A stretch of DNA of 63,225 nucleotides, counting the filler, from Octopus bimaculoides (taxonomy: Eukaryota): the NCBI RefSeq assembly GCF_001194135.2. It is 4 parts of 4 records of this genome, joined end to end, with 100 filler letters (N's around TTAATTAATTAA, not from the genome) between each part and the next. Parts side by side here need not be neighbours in the genome. Positions count along the whole stretch, not along the records: positions 1 to 24,182 come from NC_068983.1; 3 more parts are not named here. The stretch is one strand, 5' to 3'. Below, one piece after another: positions 1-12,105 of the stretch (positions within the stretch are counted from its first letter, which is position 1; each line of letters starts with the position of its first letter). Both the position numbers and the translations under genes were made by a program. Below the pieces are notes generated by a model. That model did not search any database. It was not told the origin of the DNA and worked only from the letters and a program-made list of their open reading frames with translations.

Positions 1-280
1 AGCTCCACGAAACTCCGGCAGGGGGGTGGTGGCGAACCCTGCTGTACTCTTTCACCACAACTTTCTCTCTCTCTCTCTTTCTTCCTGTTTCTGTTGTGCC
101 TGTGTTTCAAAGGGCCAGCCTTGTCACACTCCGTGTCACGCTGAATATCCCCGAGAACTACGTTAAGGGTACACGTGTCTGTGGAGTGCTCAGCCACTTG
201 CACGTTCATTTCATGAGCAGGCTGTTCCGTTGATCGGATCAACTGGAACCCTCGACGTCGTAAGCGACGAAGTGCCAACA
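1..280. mobile_element. SINE-like interspersed repeat (truncated by window start)
   Basis: The core GCCTTGTCACACT...GTTAAGGGTACACGTGTCTGTGGAGTGCTCAGCCACTTGCAC recurs in degenerate form at about 15520-15670. Confidence 0.65.
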
Positions 281-1198
281 CACAAAGTTTACTTTATATG
301 TGGAACGATTGTGCATTTCTGTCATTTCTTTTATTTTTTGCTTGCTTCAGTCATGGGACCGCAGCCATGGTGGGGCATCGCTTTGAAGGGTTTGATCGAA
401 CAAATCGACCCAGTATTTTAAGCTTGGTACTTATTCTATCGTTCTCTTTTGCCGCATTGCTAGATAATGGAGACGTAAACAAATCAACACCGGGTTTCAT
501 GTGGTGGAAACAAAACCAAACACACACGTGTGCGTGTGTACGTGTGTGTGTGTGCGTGTGTTTATATGCGAATGGTTTTGTTATATATATATATATATAT
601 TGTGTGTGCGAAAGTATGTGAAAGTAAGCAACATCGTTGATAACGAAACATGAAGTTATTCCGTAAGGCACACAAGAACTGACAGACTGTTTGTCAGAGT
701 GATCTTGTAGCCACACTTTCATTAAAAATCTTGAATAAACAGATGGTGGATGGAGTCTATACATGAGTAGTAATCTAGTGATAGGTTGCAAGATTAGAAT
801 AGATCAAACGCTTTACTGATGTCAAGTTCAGTTAAATTGTATAATCAATTTATTTTATAGTTATCATTTTTCTTTTAATCGATTTACTTTGATACTTAAC
901 AATAAACCAGGACTTTTTCGTTGAACATGCTGAGGTTTACCTAATAAAAACTAGAGGAATGAATAGTAATAGTTATTGCCCTTAACTGTGAGAGTTGTCT
1001 ACCTTACTATACAGGTTTCTTTTTACAACAATTTACGTTTATATATTTTGTTTTGCAAGATTTCTGATATGAAATCGTGTGTTGAAACGGATATTATTAT
1101 ATTTCGGAATGAACATTTTTTTTTCTTTTTTTCCTCTTTTTTTTTCTTTGCCAAATAAACACACGCATTATATATTCGTTCTTCACTTCAGATATATT

Positions 1199-1445
1199 TT
1201 ATCATTGTTCTTATTTTATGTCCTATGTCTGGAAATCTTTCGTCACACCTGTGACCTCTTCAGCGACTCTCCATCCTTATCTGCCTTTACAGATTTAGAC
1301 AATGTAACCCCACCACATCACAGAAAGACAGAATGAACTAAACAGAACAGGAAGAGACACATAGGATGGAGAGTCATTGAAGAGGTCACAGAACGTGTGA
1401 CGAAAGCTTTCCTAACATAAGACATAAAATAGGAACAATGATAAA
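1199..1445. mobile_element. Inverted pair of Penelope-like pseudo-LTR fragments, each with a minimal hammerhead ribozyme core
   Basis: Arms 1199-1279 and 1362-1445 are reverse complements (about 7 substitutions plus indels by eye). Left arm (-): CTGAAGA-G-GTCACA..TGTGAC-GAAA. Right arm (+): TTGAAGA-G-GTCACA-GAACG-TGTGAC-GAAA-GCTTTC. Confidence 0.6.
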
Positions 1446-2084
1446 ATAAATCTGAAATGAAGAACCGATATATAGTGCGTGTGTTTATTTGGCAAAAAAA
1501 AATGACCTTCCTGAAATATAACAATCTCAACTCCTTTACTTTTTCTAACCTCTTGTTCTCTCTTTTTGTCACTTCTTTTTCTACTATTTACTTCCCTTTT
1601 TCATTTACCCCCATCTCTCTCCCCTCTCTTTCTTCCTTTCTCCGTCTTACTTCCTTTGCTATCCTTCTCATTTTCACTTTTTTAGCTTTCCTTCTTTGTG
1701 CATTCATTATACGTAACCAGATTTCAACTCTACTGCCAGCATCTCATATATTTTATCATTTGTCTATAACGGCAAACCATCAACACACTCAAGATATCCG
1801 TGATATGGTCTTTTTATATGTCTATTCCATAACATTATTGGGTTCTTTTCTCTTTATATTTTCATAACTCAATCATATATGATATCGACCTAACTATAAA
1901 ATTGAGAGCATTTTTATCTGACTTATAACAACTCACTCTTCTAATCATATAATACGATACTTCGCTCTTCTTTAACCGTTCGCAGACAGACATCATCCAC
2001 CCGCTACATAATCACCTCACGCAAACATTCACTAACTTCCCTGAACAGATTCATTCAATGATGATATAAAAGGTAACAGTTAAA

Positions 2085-2412
2085 GAACTCCTTCGGTCAC
2101 GAATGACCATGGGATTGCACTTACAAAGTTACCCTCCGAGGCACAAGTCCAGGCAAAGTTGTTTACGGAAGACCGGCAGTCGCCCATACATACCAGCCTC
2201 TCCTCTCCACGCTACCGATGTTATCCAAGGGAAAGGCAAAGGCCAATATGGCACCAGTAACGTCGCAACTCATTTCTACAACTGGGTGAACTTGAGTTAC
2301 GTGAGATAAAGTGTCTTGCTCAAGAACACATCACACATCCCGATCGGGAAATCGAACTCAGTACTTCATGATTGTGAGCCCGAGACTCTAACCACTGAGT
2401 CACGCGCCTTCA
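2085..2412 (-). mobile_element. tRNA-headed SINE (family C here)
   Basis: The minus strand begins GGCGCGTGACTCAGTGGTTAGAGTC...GAGTTCGATTTCCCG (A/B-box-like) followed by TGTGTTCTTGAGCAAGACACTT. Related heads at 5665-5780 (+), 15340-15470 (+) and 19190-19316 (-). Confidence 0.75.
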
Positions 2413-2660
2413 CAATGATGACATAACAGCACAGATATATTGTTAGTAGTTATCAAAAAAATATATTTGTACACCACCCTAACTACACATGAACAGCATA
2501 CAACAAAATCCCTCAAAATTGCAACAGTTAAATTATCTTTCGTGATTATTTTTCTCGATAATTAAATATGACGTTGTCTAAACTATGTCTCAAAGCCTAG
2601 ACTTCCTCTTTAAGGCAAAAAAAAAATCAGTCGGTTGGGAAAAATTCACGTAGCAGCATC

Positions 2661-3010
2661 CTCTTTTACTCTTTTACTTGTTTCAGTCATTTGACTGCGG
2701 CCATGCTGGAGCACCGCCTTTAGTCGAGCAAATCGACCCCAGGACTTATTCTTTGTAAGCCTAGTACTTATTCTATCGGTCTATTTTGCCGAACTGCTAG
2801 GTTACGGGAACGTAAACACACCAGCATCGGTTGTCAAGCGATGTTGGGAGGACAAACACAGACACACAAACACATATATATATACATATATACGACGGGC
2901 TTCTTTCAGTTTCCGTCTACCAAATCCACTCACAATGCTTTGGTCGGCCCGAGACTATAGTAGAAGATACTTGCCCAAAGTGCTACGCAGTTGGAATGAA
3001 CCCGGAACCG
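2661..3010 (-). mobile_element. tRNA-headed SINE (family A here), cut by a 10-N gap
   Basis: Near-identical to copies at 6261-6633, 12106-12499, 12981-13442 and 62882-63225. Shared motifs are CTCTTTTACTTGTTTCAGTCATTTGACTGCGGCCATGCTGGAGCACCGCC and GTACTTATTCTATCGG. Confidence 0.85.
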
Positions 3011-3230
3011 NNNNNNNNNNAGACAAACATAAAAGGGGTGAAGTAGCTGTATCGATTAAATATTTACAATTTTAAATACACAATAAAAATTGGATTATAT
3101 TTACAATGTTCGATTGAAGCATTGCTCATTACAGATGCAATTTGTAATGGCTTTCCTGAAGTATAGGCATCCGACCACCAGGGTAGACCCCTTGCTTTTT
3201 CTTTCCGGCATCCACTTACCTGGTGCCAAA

Positions 3231-3566
3231 CACTCCCAGCTTCCTCGCCACAGGCTTCCATCTTCTCATGAATCTGTCTCGTGACAGATACCTCTTCTCC
3301 AGCCTGATCTTACTACTGAGGTAGTAACAAAAAAAGTTAACTAACCCCTGGCCAGATACAAAGGTATCCGTCACTGTGCCTCTTACACGCGTCTTCTATA
3401 CTGTTTCTTTCAGTACGGCTACTACGCAGGAAAAGCAAGCCTTCCTTTCCCTGTTGAGGGAAGGAGGCGGCACAATCTCGATGATAGATTCAGCTGATAG
3501 CTGTACTCTTCCCATCGATGACAACAGTTGTTCTGCGAAAACTATCAGTCTCGTTAATTCCGGACA
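3231..3566 (-). pseudogene. L1/Tx1-like LINE ORF2 C-terminal remnant
   Basis: Manual translation, 112 codons with one stop: CPELTRLIVFAEQLLSSMGRVQLSAESIIEIVPPPSLNRERKACFSCVVAVLKETV*KTRVRGTVTDTFVSGQGLVNFFCYYLSSKIRLEKRYLSRDRFMRRWKPVARKLGV. It resembles the post-zinc-knuckle tail of Tx1/L1 ORF2 (ending F..RW). Confidence 0.55.
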
Positions 3567-3711
3567 TTACCACACAGCCACTCCTGCGCCTCAACTTCTA
3601 GGTAACAATAATGCTATTTCCTCCCTGTCCCAACTAATATCACAACAGGATCTGTTCTTCCATACAAGTTATCTGAATATTCAATTCATTCAGCAAACAC
3701 ATACGTTTCTC

Positions 3712-3776
<65 letters not shown>

Positions 3777-4288
3777 GCTCCTATTGCATTTCATCTCTAA
3801 AATAAAACGTTTAACTCCAGGCTAATTCTTTCTCTCAAGGACTGCGACTCTCTAGAACTTACTACTCATTCATTGCAGTCATTGACCTACGGATGTTCAA
3901 AATGACCATTATCTGCAGTAATCTCACCTACTTGCGATTTGCACTGCTTTTCCTTTAACAATCTTAACAAATCAAAATAAAATTATCAGAAAATTTGATG
4001 TGAATAATTCATTTAAAGAGCATTAATTCTGAACGTGGTTAATAATTATCTCCCTTAGTCAAAAATAAATTTAATGGATTTCACATCTTGTTTTAATTAA
4101 TATCATGTGAGAGATGTCACATGTCCTCATTTGTTCATATAATCCTTATCTGTTTTCTCTTTCTCGCTTTCTTTTTTTTACTTCCTTCATTTTTTTTTTG
4201 CTTTATTTCATCCTTTCATACGCTATTTCTGTGTGTATATATGTATCTGTCTGCCTGTATGTGTGTATGTGTTGTGTGTGTGTGTGTA

Positions 4289-4490
4289 CGGGGTGGGCCA
4301 AAAGTCACGCCCTAAAACATTTGACATTTTATTTATATTACGTTATAATTATTATTATTATTCATTTTGTTCATCATGTGTAGTCAGTATCATTTTATTT
4401 ATTTTATTCAATTTTTGAAAAATTGAAGCTTGTCTGACAATCAAAGATCCCCGGAATGCACTGAACTTATTTGCGCGTGACTTTTGACCC
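4289..4490. mobile_element. Short Tc1/mariner-type MITE remnant
   Basis: TA|CGGGGTGGGCCAAAAGTCACGC at 4287-4310, with the inverted partner GCGTGACTTTTGACCC ending at 4490 and followed by TA. The right end lacks the outermost bases. Confidence 0.4.
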
Positions 4491-4988
4491 TAGATCTTTT
4501 GCGTGGCTTTCATTTTTCAATTCCTTTAATTCTGTTCCAATTGACTTCAAAATTGCTGTATTGATGTACATTGGAAATTAATTATGTGAAGGAAATTCAT
4601 TTTTGCCATAAATTAATGAATAGAAAGTTAATTAGTTTTAAAGTTTGCAAATGTTTTGCAATTTTGGCCCATCGTAAACCACAGACACGTTCATGTCTGT
4701 TCCCATAGTAACGAACCAAACTGTTTTCTGCTTAAAACTACAATTATTATGTAACTAGATTCTGAACTTTCATTTTTGAATTTTCGTTGTAAAAATATGT
4801 GTCAGTTTGTTTTGTTTTCTACTTTTTGTCTTTTTTTTTCTTTTCGTTGTTTTCAAATTTGATATATTAATGCAATTTTTCACGCCGGATCTTATTTTGT
4901 CATTTACTTGTTCCAGAGAACAAAATAGAAAAATGTTCACTGAAAGTATGTTACTAATTGGTTAACTTCAAGTCATCCACTAGTCGGA

Positions 4989-5181
4989 CTAACCCTAATC
5001 GCCAACCCTAAGCCCTAAGGCTAACCCTAAACCTCAACCCTAAAGCCTAACGCAAACCCTAAACTTTAATTCTTATCCCAAACCCCAGCCCTAAGCTCTA
5101 ACTCTAACCTTAAACCCTGACTAACCCTAAACACTAACTCTGACCCTTATACCCCAATCCGAAACCCTGACTCTAACCCTA
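4989..5181 (+). repeat. Degenerate telomere-like (CCCTAA)n tract
   Basis: Repeated CTAACCCTAA / AACCCTAA / AACCCTGA variants over about 190 bp. Confidence 0.8.
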
Positions 5182-6007
5182 GTGTATTTCAAACTTTCGT
5201 TTTTGAATGTCCACTATTATTTACATGCACTAATCTACAGTAGTATAGCGTACGGTTTGTTTAGCCCTTTTTTTTTTTTGTAACTTAATGTAGTCTGTTT
5301 CTTTATATTTTTTCCCAAATTTTTCCTTTTTATATTGCCTGTCCCAGCGTCTTACATGACTTTATTCATTTAAACTTATTAAAACTTTGAAGCATCTTAC
5401 GACTTTCGTTGTAGTATATTGTAATATATTTCGTTGTAATATATTGCTTTCATTTTGTTTAATTAATGTTATAACGCACTAACTGCCAGCTTCCAAATCC
5501 TGTTTTCCGATTAAGTAAAAATAATTAACCTTTAAATCTCTAGTAACGACATCAGATTCAACCTGAAAAATAACTTCAATAAACCAAATTTGAAAATTGT
5601 AAAAATGTGAAAGCCAAACAGAAAAGATTCGCCCATCCTGTATATATGTGTGAGTGGAATAAAAGCGCGTGGTCTAGTGTTTAGTATGTTGCATAGGATC
5701 ACGAGATCATGAGTTCAATTCCCGGTCTAAGCGCTGCGTTGTTTTCTTGAGAAAAACAGTTCATTTCACGTTACTCTGCGATCGTTTCGGCATCTGGCAT
5801 GGGGCACATTTGTGCACTTATACAGGAAATGTAGATTTGATGGAGGGAGTGAGTGAACTAAATGTACAGTACATACATTTAATCACTATGAACAAATCAT
5901 CTGTACAGGGCATTCAACAAGAACTGAACACTCAGACGTTGTCTAGGACAGAAGATTCCATCAGCGCGCGCGCGTGTACACTCACATACATACATACATG
6001 CATACAT

Positions 6008-6133
6008 TTTTAATCGGCAGAAAGCCATAAAGCTTGATAAGTGTTATGCACTTATCAAGTGTTTTGTTTCATAAGTGCTATGCACAAAACTCTCAGTCCT
6101 TGAATCACTTTTGCAACTTTCTGCCGATTAAAA
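6008..6133. mobile_element. 126-bp miniature inverted-repeat element
   Basis: Perfect 17-bp inverted repeats TTTTAATCGGCAGAAAG (6008-6024) and CTTTCTGCCGATTAAAA (6117-6133). Perfect internal 11-bp hairpin CTTGATAAGTG-TTATG-CACTTATCAAG at 6033-6059. Confidence 0.65.
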
Positions 6134-6134
6134 T

Positions 6135-6177
<43 letters not shown>

Positions 6178-6260
6178 ATATTTTAGTGGTCCGACTAAAA
6201 TTCCTGAAAGTGGTGCCCCAGTATTACTAAAACACGTAAAAGATATATATATATATGTAA

Positions 6261-6633
6261 CTCTTTTACTTGTTTCAGTCATTGACTGTGGCCATGCTGG
6301 AGCACCGCCTTTAGTCAAGCAAATCGACCTCAGGACTTATTCTTTGTAAGCCTAGTACTTATTTTATCGATCTCTTTGTCGAACCGCTAAGTTACGGAGA
6401 CGTAAACACACCAGCATCGGTTGTCAAGTAATGCTGGGGAAACAAACACAGACACACAAACATACACACGCATACATATATACGACGGGCTTCTTTCAGT
6501 TTCCACTCACAAGGCTTTGGTTGGCCCGAGGCTATAGTAGAAGACACTTGCCCAAGGTGCCACGTGGCACCTTAGAACTCGGAACCATGTGGTTGGTAAG
6601 CAAGCTACTTACCACACAGCCACTCCTGCACCT
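6261..6633 (-). mobile_element. Full-length family A SINE
   Basis: Minus strand runs from the head GGTGCAGGAGTGGCTGTGTGGTAAG...GGTTCCGAGTTCTAAG through a CA/TA linker to the GACTGAAACAAGTAAAAGAG tail. Confidence 0.85.
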
Positions 6634-7872
6634 ATTAGTCATACTGGGGAACCACTTTGAGGAATTTTAGTCGAACAAATCTACCTTGGTGCTTATTTGT
6701 TTAAGCCTGGTACTTATTCTACCGGTCTTTTTTGCTAAACTGCTGTGTTATGAGAACAATAACTTACGAACAGCGGCTGTTATGCGGTGGTGGAGAACAA
6801 ACACGAACACACATATACAATTACACGTGTGTGTGTGTACAGGGTGGGTAGATAGTAACTAGGCATTAGAAATTGCTTATAGAATTTTTAGTATTACTGA
6901 AGTCATCACGAAATTATTTTTTAAATAGACAGCAGTAATGGGGATTTCTTATTTTCTTATTTTCCAGATGGCTGGTCACTTGACTGTTCAGGAGCAAGCT
7001 AAAACAGCAGCACTCTATGAAGTGTGGAATTCCATCGTTTTGGTTCAGAGATGGTGGCATGCATGGAAAGGTAAGGATGCAACACTACGTCCGAAGACAA
7101 TAAAAAGTAATCATACAAATCTGATGACCATGGGTTCTGTGAACGAGGCAAGAAGTGGTCGTCCAACCACATTCCGATCAGTGGAGAACGTGGCAACAGT
7201 GCAGGAAATGTTTAATTGCAGCCCACGATTAAACAACTCATGGAAGGAGATTAAGAAGACATACAATGCGTACGGTGTTGCATAAACAATTGAATTTTCA
7301 TCTGTAGAAACCTCGTTACGTGCAGGAGCTAAAACCTGAAGACTGTGACTGCAGAAGTCCAGAACTCCAAGAAGTCCAGATCTCACTCCATGTGATTTTT
7401 ACCAGTGGGGTTACACAAAAGAGGAAGTGTACAAGACAAAACCTCGCACACTGGAAGAGTTGGAGACACGGATTCAGGAGGTTCTCAAGGATATCCAAGA
7501 CAATGTCCTTCGGCAGATTGTTCATTCCATCCTTGGTCGTTTGTGGCAACTGGTTGACACCACTGGTGCTTACGTTGAAATATGAAGATTTACTTTCATT
7601 TTCCCATGTAGTAAAGAACATGTATCATTTGTTTCAGTAGATTAGTAAAAGGATTATGGGTTTTATTACCAATTTTTAATGCCTACTTACTTTTCACCTA
7701 TCCTGTATATATATACGACGGCTTCTTTCAGTTTCCATCTACCAAATCTACTCACAAGACTTAGGTCAGTCCGAGGGTGTAGTAGAAGACAATTGCCCGA
7801 GGTTCCATGCAGTGGGACTGAACCTGGAAACTTGTGGTTGGGAAGCAAACTTCTAACCACATAGCCACACCC
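6634..7872 (-). mobile_element. Older family A SINE split by the mariner insertion (halves 6634-6837 and 7706-7872)
   Basis: The SINE 3' half ends in a (GT)n linker at the left TIR, and the 5' half resumes (TATATACGACGGCTTCTTTCAGTTTCC) directly after the right TIR. Confidence 0.75.
6840..7705 (+). mobile_element. Internally deleted mariner-like (DDxD, rosa/DD41D-like) DNA transposon
   Basis: Imperfect ~36-bp TIRs (CAGGGTGGGTAGATAGTAACTAGGCATTAGAAATTG versus the reverse complement CAGGATAGGTGAAAAGTAAGTAGGCATTAAAAATTG), with TA on both sides. N-terminal HTH piece at 6968-7228 (MAGHLTVQEQAK...GSVNEARSGRPTT..SVENVATVQEMFNCSPR). C-terminal piece at 7367-7585 (PRSPDLTPCDFYQWGYTKEEVYKTKPRTLEELETRI...GAYVEI*). 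The catalytic core is missing. Confidence 0.9.
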
Positions 7873-9497
7873 GTAGTTGTTATTCTCCTCGCTGTTCACA
7901 TCTTCAAAACAGCTGACCTCTATAACACTTTATCTCTTACTAGTTTCTGTCATTGGACAGCGGTCATGCTGGGGCACCGCCTTGAAGAGTTTTGGTCGAA
8001 CTGATCGACTCCAGTACTTTTCTTTTTACGTCTGATACTTATTTTATCGATGATTTGCCGAACCACTAAGTTACAAGGACATAGCACACCAACACTGATT
8101 GTCAATTGATGAAGTGGACACGCACAAACAGAAAGGTGTGCGCATCGGGCTTCCTCAGTTTCCACCAAACAAATTCACTGGTAAGACATTGCTCAGCCTG
8201 GAGCTACAGTAGAACACACACACACACTTGAATACAATATGGAACGTCTGTTAATCAGTTTAATGTTGAGCTGATTTATTTCTCTAATGGCTCCACTGAC
8301 AATTAAAACGAGAAACTGCAGGTGATGGCAGAAAAAGCAATGTGGGAGATAAAACACGTTATTGATATACACACTTGAAGGACAGCCTTAGATTAAAATA
8401 CCAGTGTGTATAACATTAATATTGTGTATACACACCTGGGACGGCACTAGCTGTAATATCTTTTGTCTCATAGAAAATGCCTCAGAAAAACGTGTTAAAA
8501 AGACAGGGCTTCGTTCAGAAAACCAGTGGATCACCAGACACAGAGTTTCAATCTGATTAGGTCACTCAGCCTTTTATATTTCGTGTCTAAATTCTGTTAT
8601 GGTCAGCTTCGTCTTTCATCCTTCCGGAATCGGTAATATAATTTATCAGTAACATATTCGGTCAGGTCATTTTATTGAATGTTTAACCCATTCCTCTGTA
8701 TTTGATACCTTGTGCATATTTTAGAAATGATTATGACAAGTATAAGTAATTATATGATTAAGGCAAGCCCCTTACCTCAATTATTATTTGTTTATAAAGA
8801 TAAATCACTGTGCGCTTATAAGAAGATGTTCTGTTCAGAAACGATTTTATTTACATTTCTTTCTCCTTATTTTTCTACCTAAGTAGACAAATTATACAAG
8901 TATAAACTTCCTGAAAACATATGTTAAGATATTTTGAAGCAGTTACTTCGAGTAGGCAACTTTCATTTTCTAATGAGTCTCTAAAAAGTTGTTCCGTAGC
9001 CCCGAGTCTGCTCTGTTAGATCAGGTCTACAATTAAACTACACAAAAACATGGAAAGAAGGAGCCTTTTTGTAGTCAGTCAGTTTGCTAGGGATAGCAAA
9101 AAATTTCATTTAGACCACACCTTATCATCTTAAAAGTTTGAAAAACTCACGAGATATCGTAGTCCTTGATACTCTATATCTCAAAAAGTGGACATTACTA
9201 CATCGCTTAATAATGTACCAGGAAAAAGTGAACTTATGCTGGCCGTACAGGGATGTTGGTTTTGTAGATTCGATAACAATATAGTGTTTTCAACTTCAAT
9301 GTTGACCTCTTTCCATAATATGGGTCTGCATGAACTCGAGATATGATTCTGGATTCTCAGCGCTTCACAAAGCGGACATCTTGACTTACGTAATAAATTC
9401 TTAGTATACAATGCAATATACGCAGAAAAGGATGTACAAAAGAGGGAAGCTGAAGACAAATGGAAACAGAAAGGTGTTTATAGGTTAATATTAGTTA

Positions 9498-9828
9498 CTT
9501 CACGCCGAGGTCGACTTTCCCTTTCATCCTCTCGGGGGGTCGATAAATTAAGTACCAGTTGCGTACTGGGTCGATCTAATTGACTGGACCCCGCTCCCCA
9601 AAAATTTCGGGCCTTGTGCCTAGAGTAGAGAAGAATATTAATTGCTTCTAAGGCAGCGAGCTGACAGAACCATTAATATGCCAGGCAAGATGCTTTGCAG
9701 TATTTCACCTGCCGTTATGTTCTGTAGGGTCAATAAATTAAGTACCAGTGAAACACTAGGGTCAATGTAATCGACTAGTCCCCACCCCCAAAATTTCAAG
9801 GCCTAGTGTCTTCAGTAGAAAGGATTAT
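9498..9828 (+). mobile_element. Two partial family B SINEs in tandem
   Basis: Motifs GCCGAGGTCGACTTT(G/C)CCTTTCATCC..GGGGTCGATAAATTAAGTACCAGT, shared with 45912-46186 and (inverted) 17953-18174. Confidence 0.75.
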
Positions 9829-9837
9829 TATTACTAC

Positions 9838-9874
<37 letters not shown>

Positions 9875-10068
9875 TTCTCTTTATTACAGTTTTGTTGAAG
9901 CTCTTGGAGTCTTGCATGCATAGCAGGCTTCCTACCTGTAGCCTATGGTACCATGCTATTCGTTTTTTTTCTAATACTTTCTATCTGGTATTAAGCTATC
10001 GAATACTTTCCTGATTGTTCTTGCTAACTACTTGATAAATTCTTATAAAGATTTTATCCTATATTTAA

Positions 10069-10152
<84 letters not shown>

Positions 10153-10479
10153 GTATGTGTGAGCGTGCACACGTGTGCATGTGTGTGTTATACTTCCTTA
10201 CCTTTACATTGCATCACAGTTATGAACGAGTGTTACAGACATGTAAGCAATGTCCTTCATTTCCAATCTTCTGGGCCCCTTCCCCAAATTTCGGCCTTGT
10301 GCCTAGAATATAGTTGTTATAATGTTTGCCAACCCCTTTATCCATTTACTTAGTCATACATTATGAACAGAGTTTTCTTGAAGTAATTCTCTCAATCTGG
10401 CTCTTGGGATCCAATTTGTTTCAATGTGGCCCACAAAACCAAATGAATTTGATTTGCCTGTACTAGATATATCCATAGT

Positions 10480-10790
10480 AAAAATGCTTGTCTCCACCAT
10501 TAATGTCACAACTGCCACCATCGATACAACCATCAGCATATCCCAACCACCACCATCACTAACACTATCATCATCACCACAATCACCATCATCATCATCA
10601 CCATCATCACAACCACCACTACCATCAAAACTACAAGCACTTTTTATCATCCTCAACACCACCATCGCTACCAGCTACTATAACCACCACCACCACCACC
10701 ATCACTACCATTCACCACCACCACCACCACCACCAACACTACCACCACCACCACCACCACCAACACTACCACCACCACCATTACCGAAAT
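10480..10790 (+). repeat. Compound (CAC/CAT)n low-complexity tract
   Basis: Directly visible. It explains the poly-Pro/His/Ser ORFs 10424..10798 and 10354..10665. Confidence 0.9.
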
Positions 10791-11426
10791 GCTATTAGTT
10801 TTGACAATAGATTTTGCTAGCCTGAAGTCTAAAAATTTCCATTTGTCTTTTTTTTTTTTTCTAATTTATTATATTTTCATGCAAGGTTAAAGTACAGATC
10901 TACTGACCAAAAGGTCACGAGTTCAAATCTCAGAGAAACCATTGTCTTGCGCCTCTAGGTAAGGTATAAGATGACACCTGCTTTTCTCAGTTTGCTTATT
11001 TGAATCCTTCACTTCTGATTAGTAACTGATTCTCTACAACTTAAATACATGTGTGCACATGTGTACACGTGTGTCCCACATTCACATGCCACTCACATGC
11101 CTATCTGACACAGGACAGCTGCTATACACATAAACATCAAAGATCGTGTCCACCAACCTGATTAGTAACCTTCACTTACCAGCATGGCCTAACAAGGGAA
11201 GCCCTATGTGGTCACACGTACAGTTAGAAATAACAGCCAAATCTTCCTCAACTCACACTTGATTTTAATAAGAAAAGAACATGTTAGATAATGTAATCCT
11301 ATACACTCCTAAAATACATGATGGTCATGGTTAAGAATAATCTTAGCTAACCCCTAACACCCATGGTAATAGAGACAGTCATTAGCAATGGTATTATCCA
11401 TCACCTTAAATCTCTCTCTCTGCCCC

Positions 11427-11640
11427 CTCAATGACCACTAGTATGGTTACCAAAGAGCCAGGTCCATTTGGGATCTACTTCTCTTATGTCACTCATCTGT
11501 GGGCTCTCACTTCAGAAAAGTTGAGCAAATGCAATGTTATTGCTCTGGATATCAGCTAAGATTTCATCTGTGCAAATTTCTTACCTAAACTTCCTGCCTA
11601 TAGGCTCTCATCCCCTGGCTCAGAAGTTTCCTATCAGATC
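11427..11640 (+). pseudogene. CR1/L2-group LINE reverse-transcriptase fragment (degenerate)
   Basis: With one frameshift: LNDH*YGYQRARS-I-WDLL/SYVTHLWALTSEKLSKCNVIALDIS*DF...PKLPAYRL. This matches the QYGFR..RST.DLL...W.......ALDISKAFD RT motif region. Confidence 0.6.
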
Positions 11641-12105
11641 ATGTCGTTGGGACATCATAGTCATCATCATCATTGTTTAACATCCATCTTTCATGCTGAC
11701 ATGGAAGATGGACATTATGTCCAATCCTATGGCAGACTTGCTAGGACACTAAACAAAATGCTTAGAGGCATTTCATCCGTGTTTACAATCTGAGTTCAAA
11801 TTCTGCCCGTGGTCGACTTTGCTTTTCATCCCTTCAGGGTCGATGAAATAAGTATCAGTTAAGCACTGCAGTTGATGTAATTGACTAGCCTCCTCCCACC
11901 AACGCCTTCTGCATGTAATAGGAAGGACTATGCTCAATCCTCCAACCCCAGAATATAGGCCTTATGGAGACCTGCAGCAGTTTAATCAGAACATTAACCA
12001 CATCAATCTGACCAGTCTCAGAGGGCCTGACAAGATCATCGGCTCTTCTGCCCTTACCTCCAGACTCAGTAAATTAGAAAATAAAGTCAAGTCAAATAAA
12101 GTAAA

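Noticed and set aside
3376-3825. 149-aa plus-strand ORF
   Set aside because: It is antisense to the Tx1/L1 remnant and then runs through a SINE end and a (CT)n tract.
4289-5640. One 1.35-kb mariner bounded by TACGGGGTGGGCC and GCCCATCCTGTA
   Set aside because: The match breaks down after about 12 bp and the left end already has a nearer partner at 4490. These are probably separate remnants.
9181-9490. Coding-looking stretch (WILSASQSGHLDLRNKFLVYNAIYAEKDVQKREAEDKWKQKG)
   Set aside because: It is short, bounded by stops, lacks convincing splice sites and matches no family I recognise.
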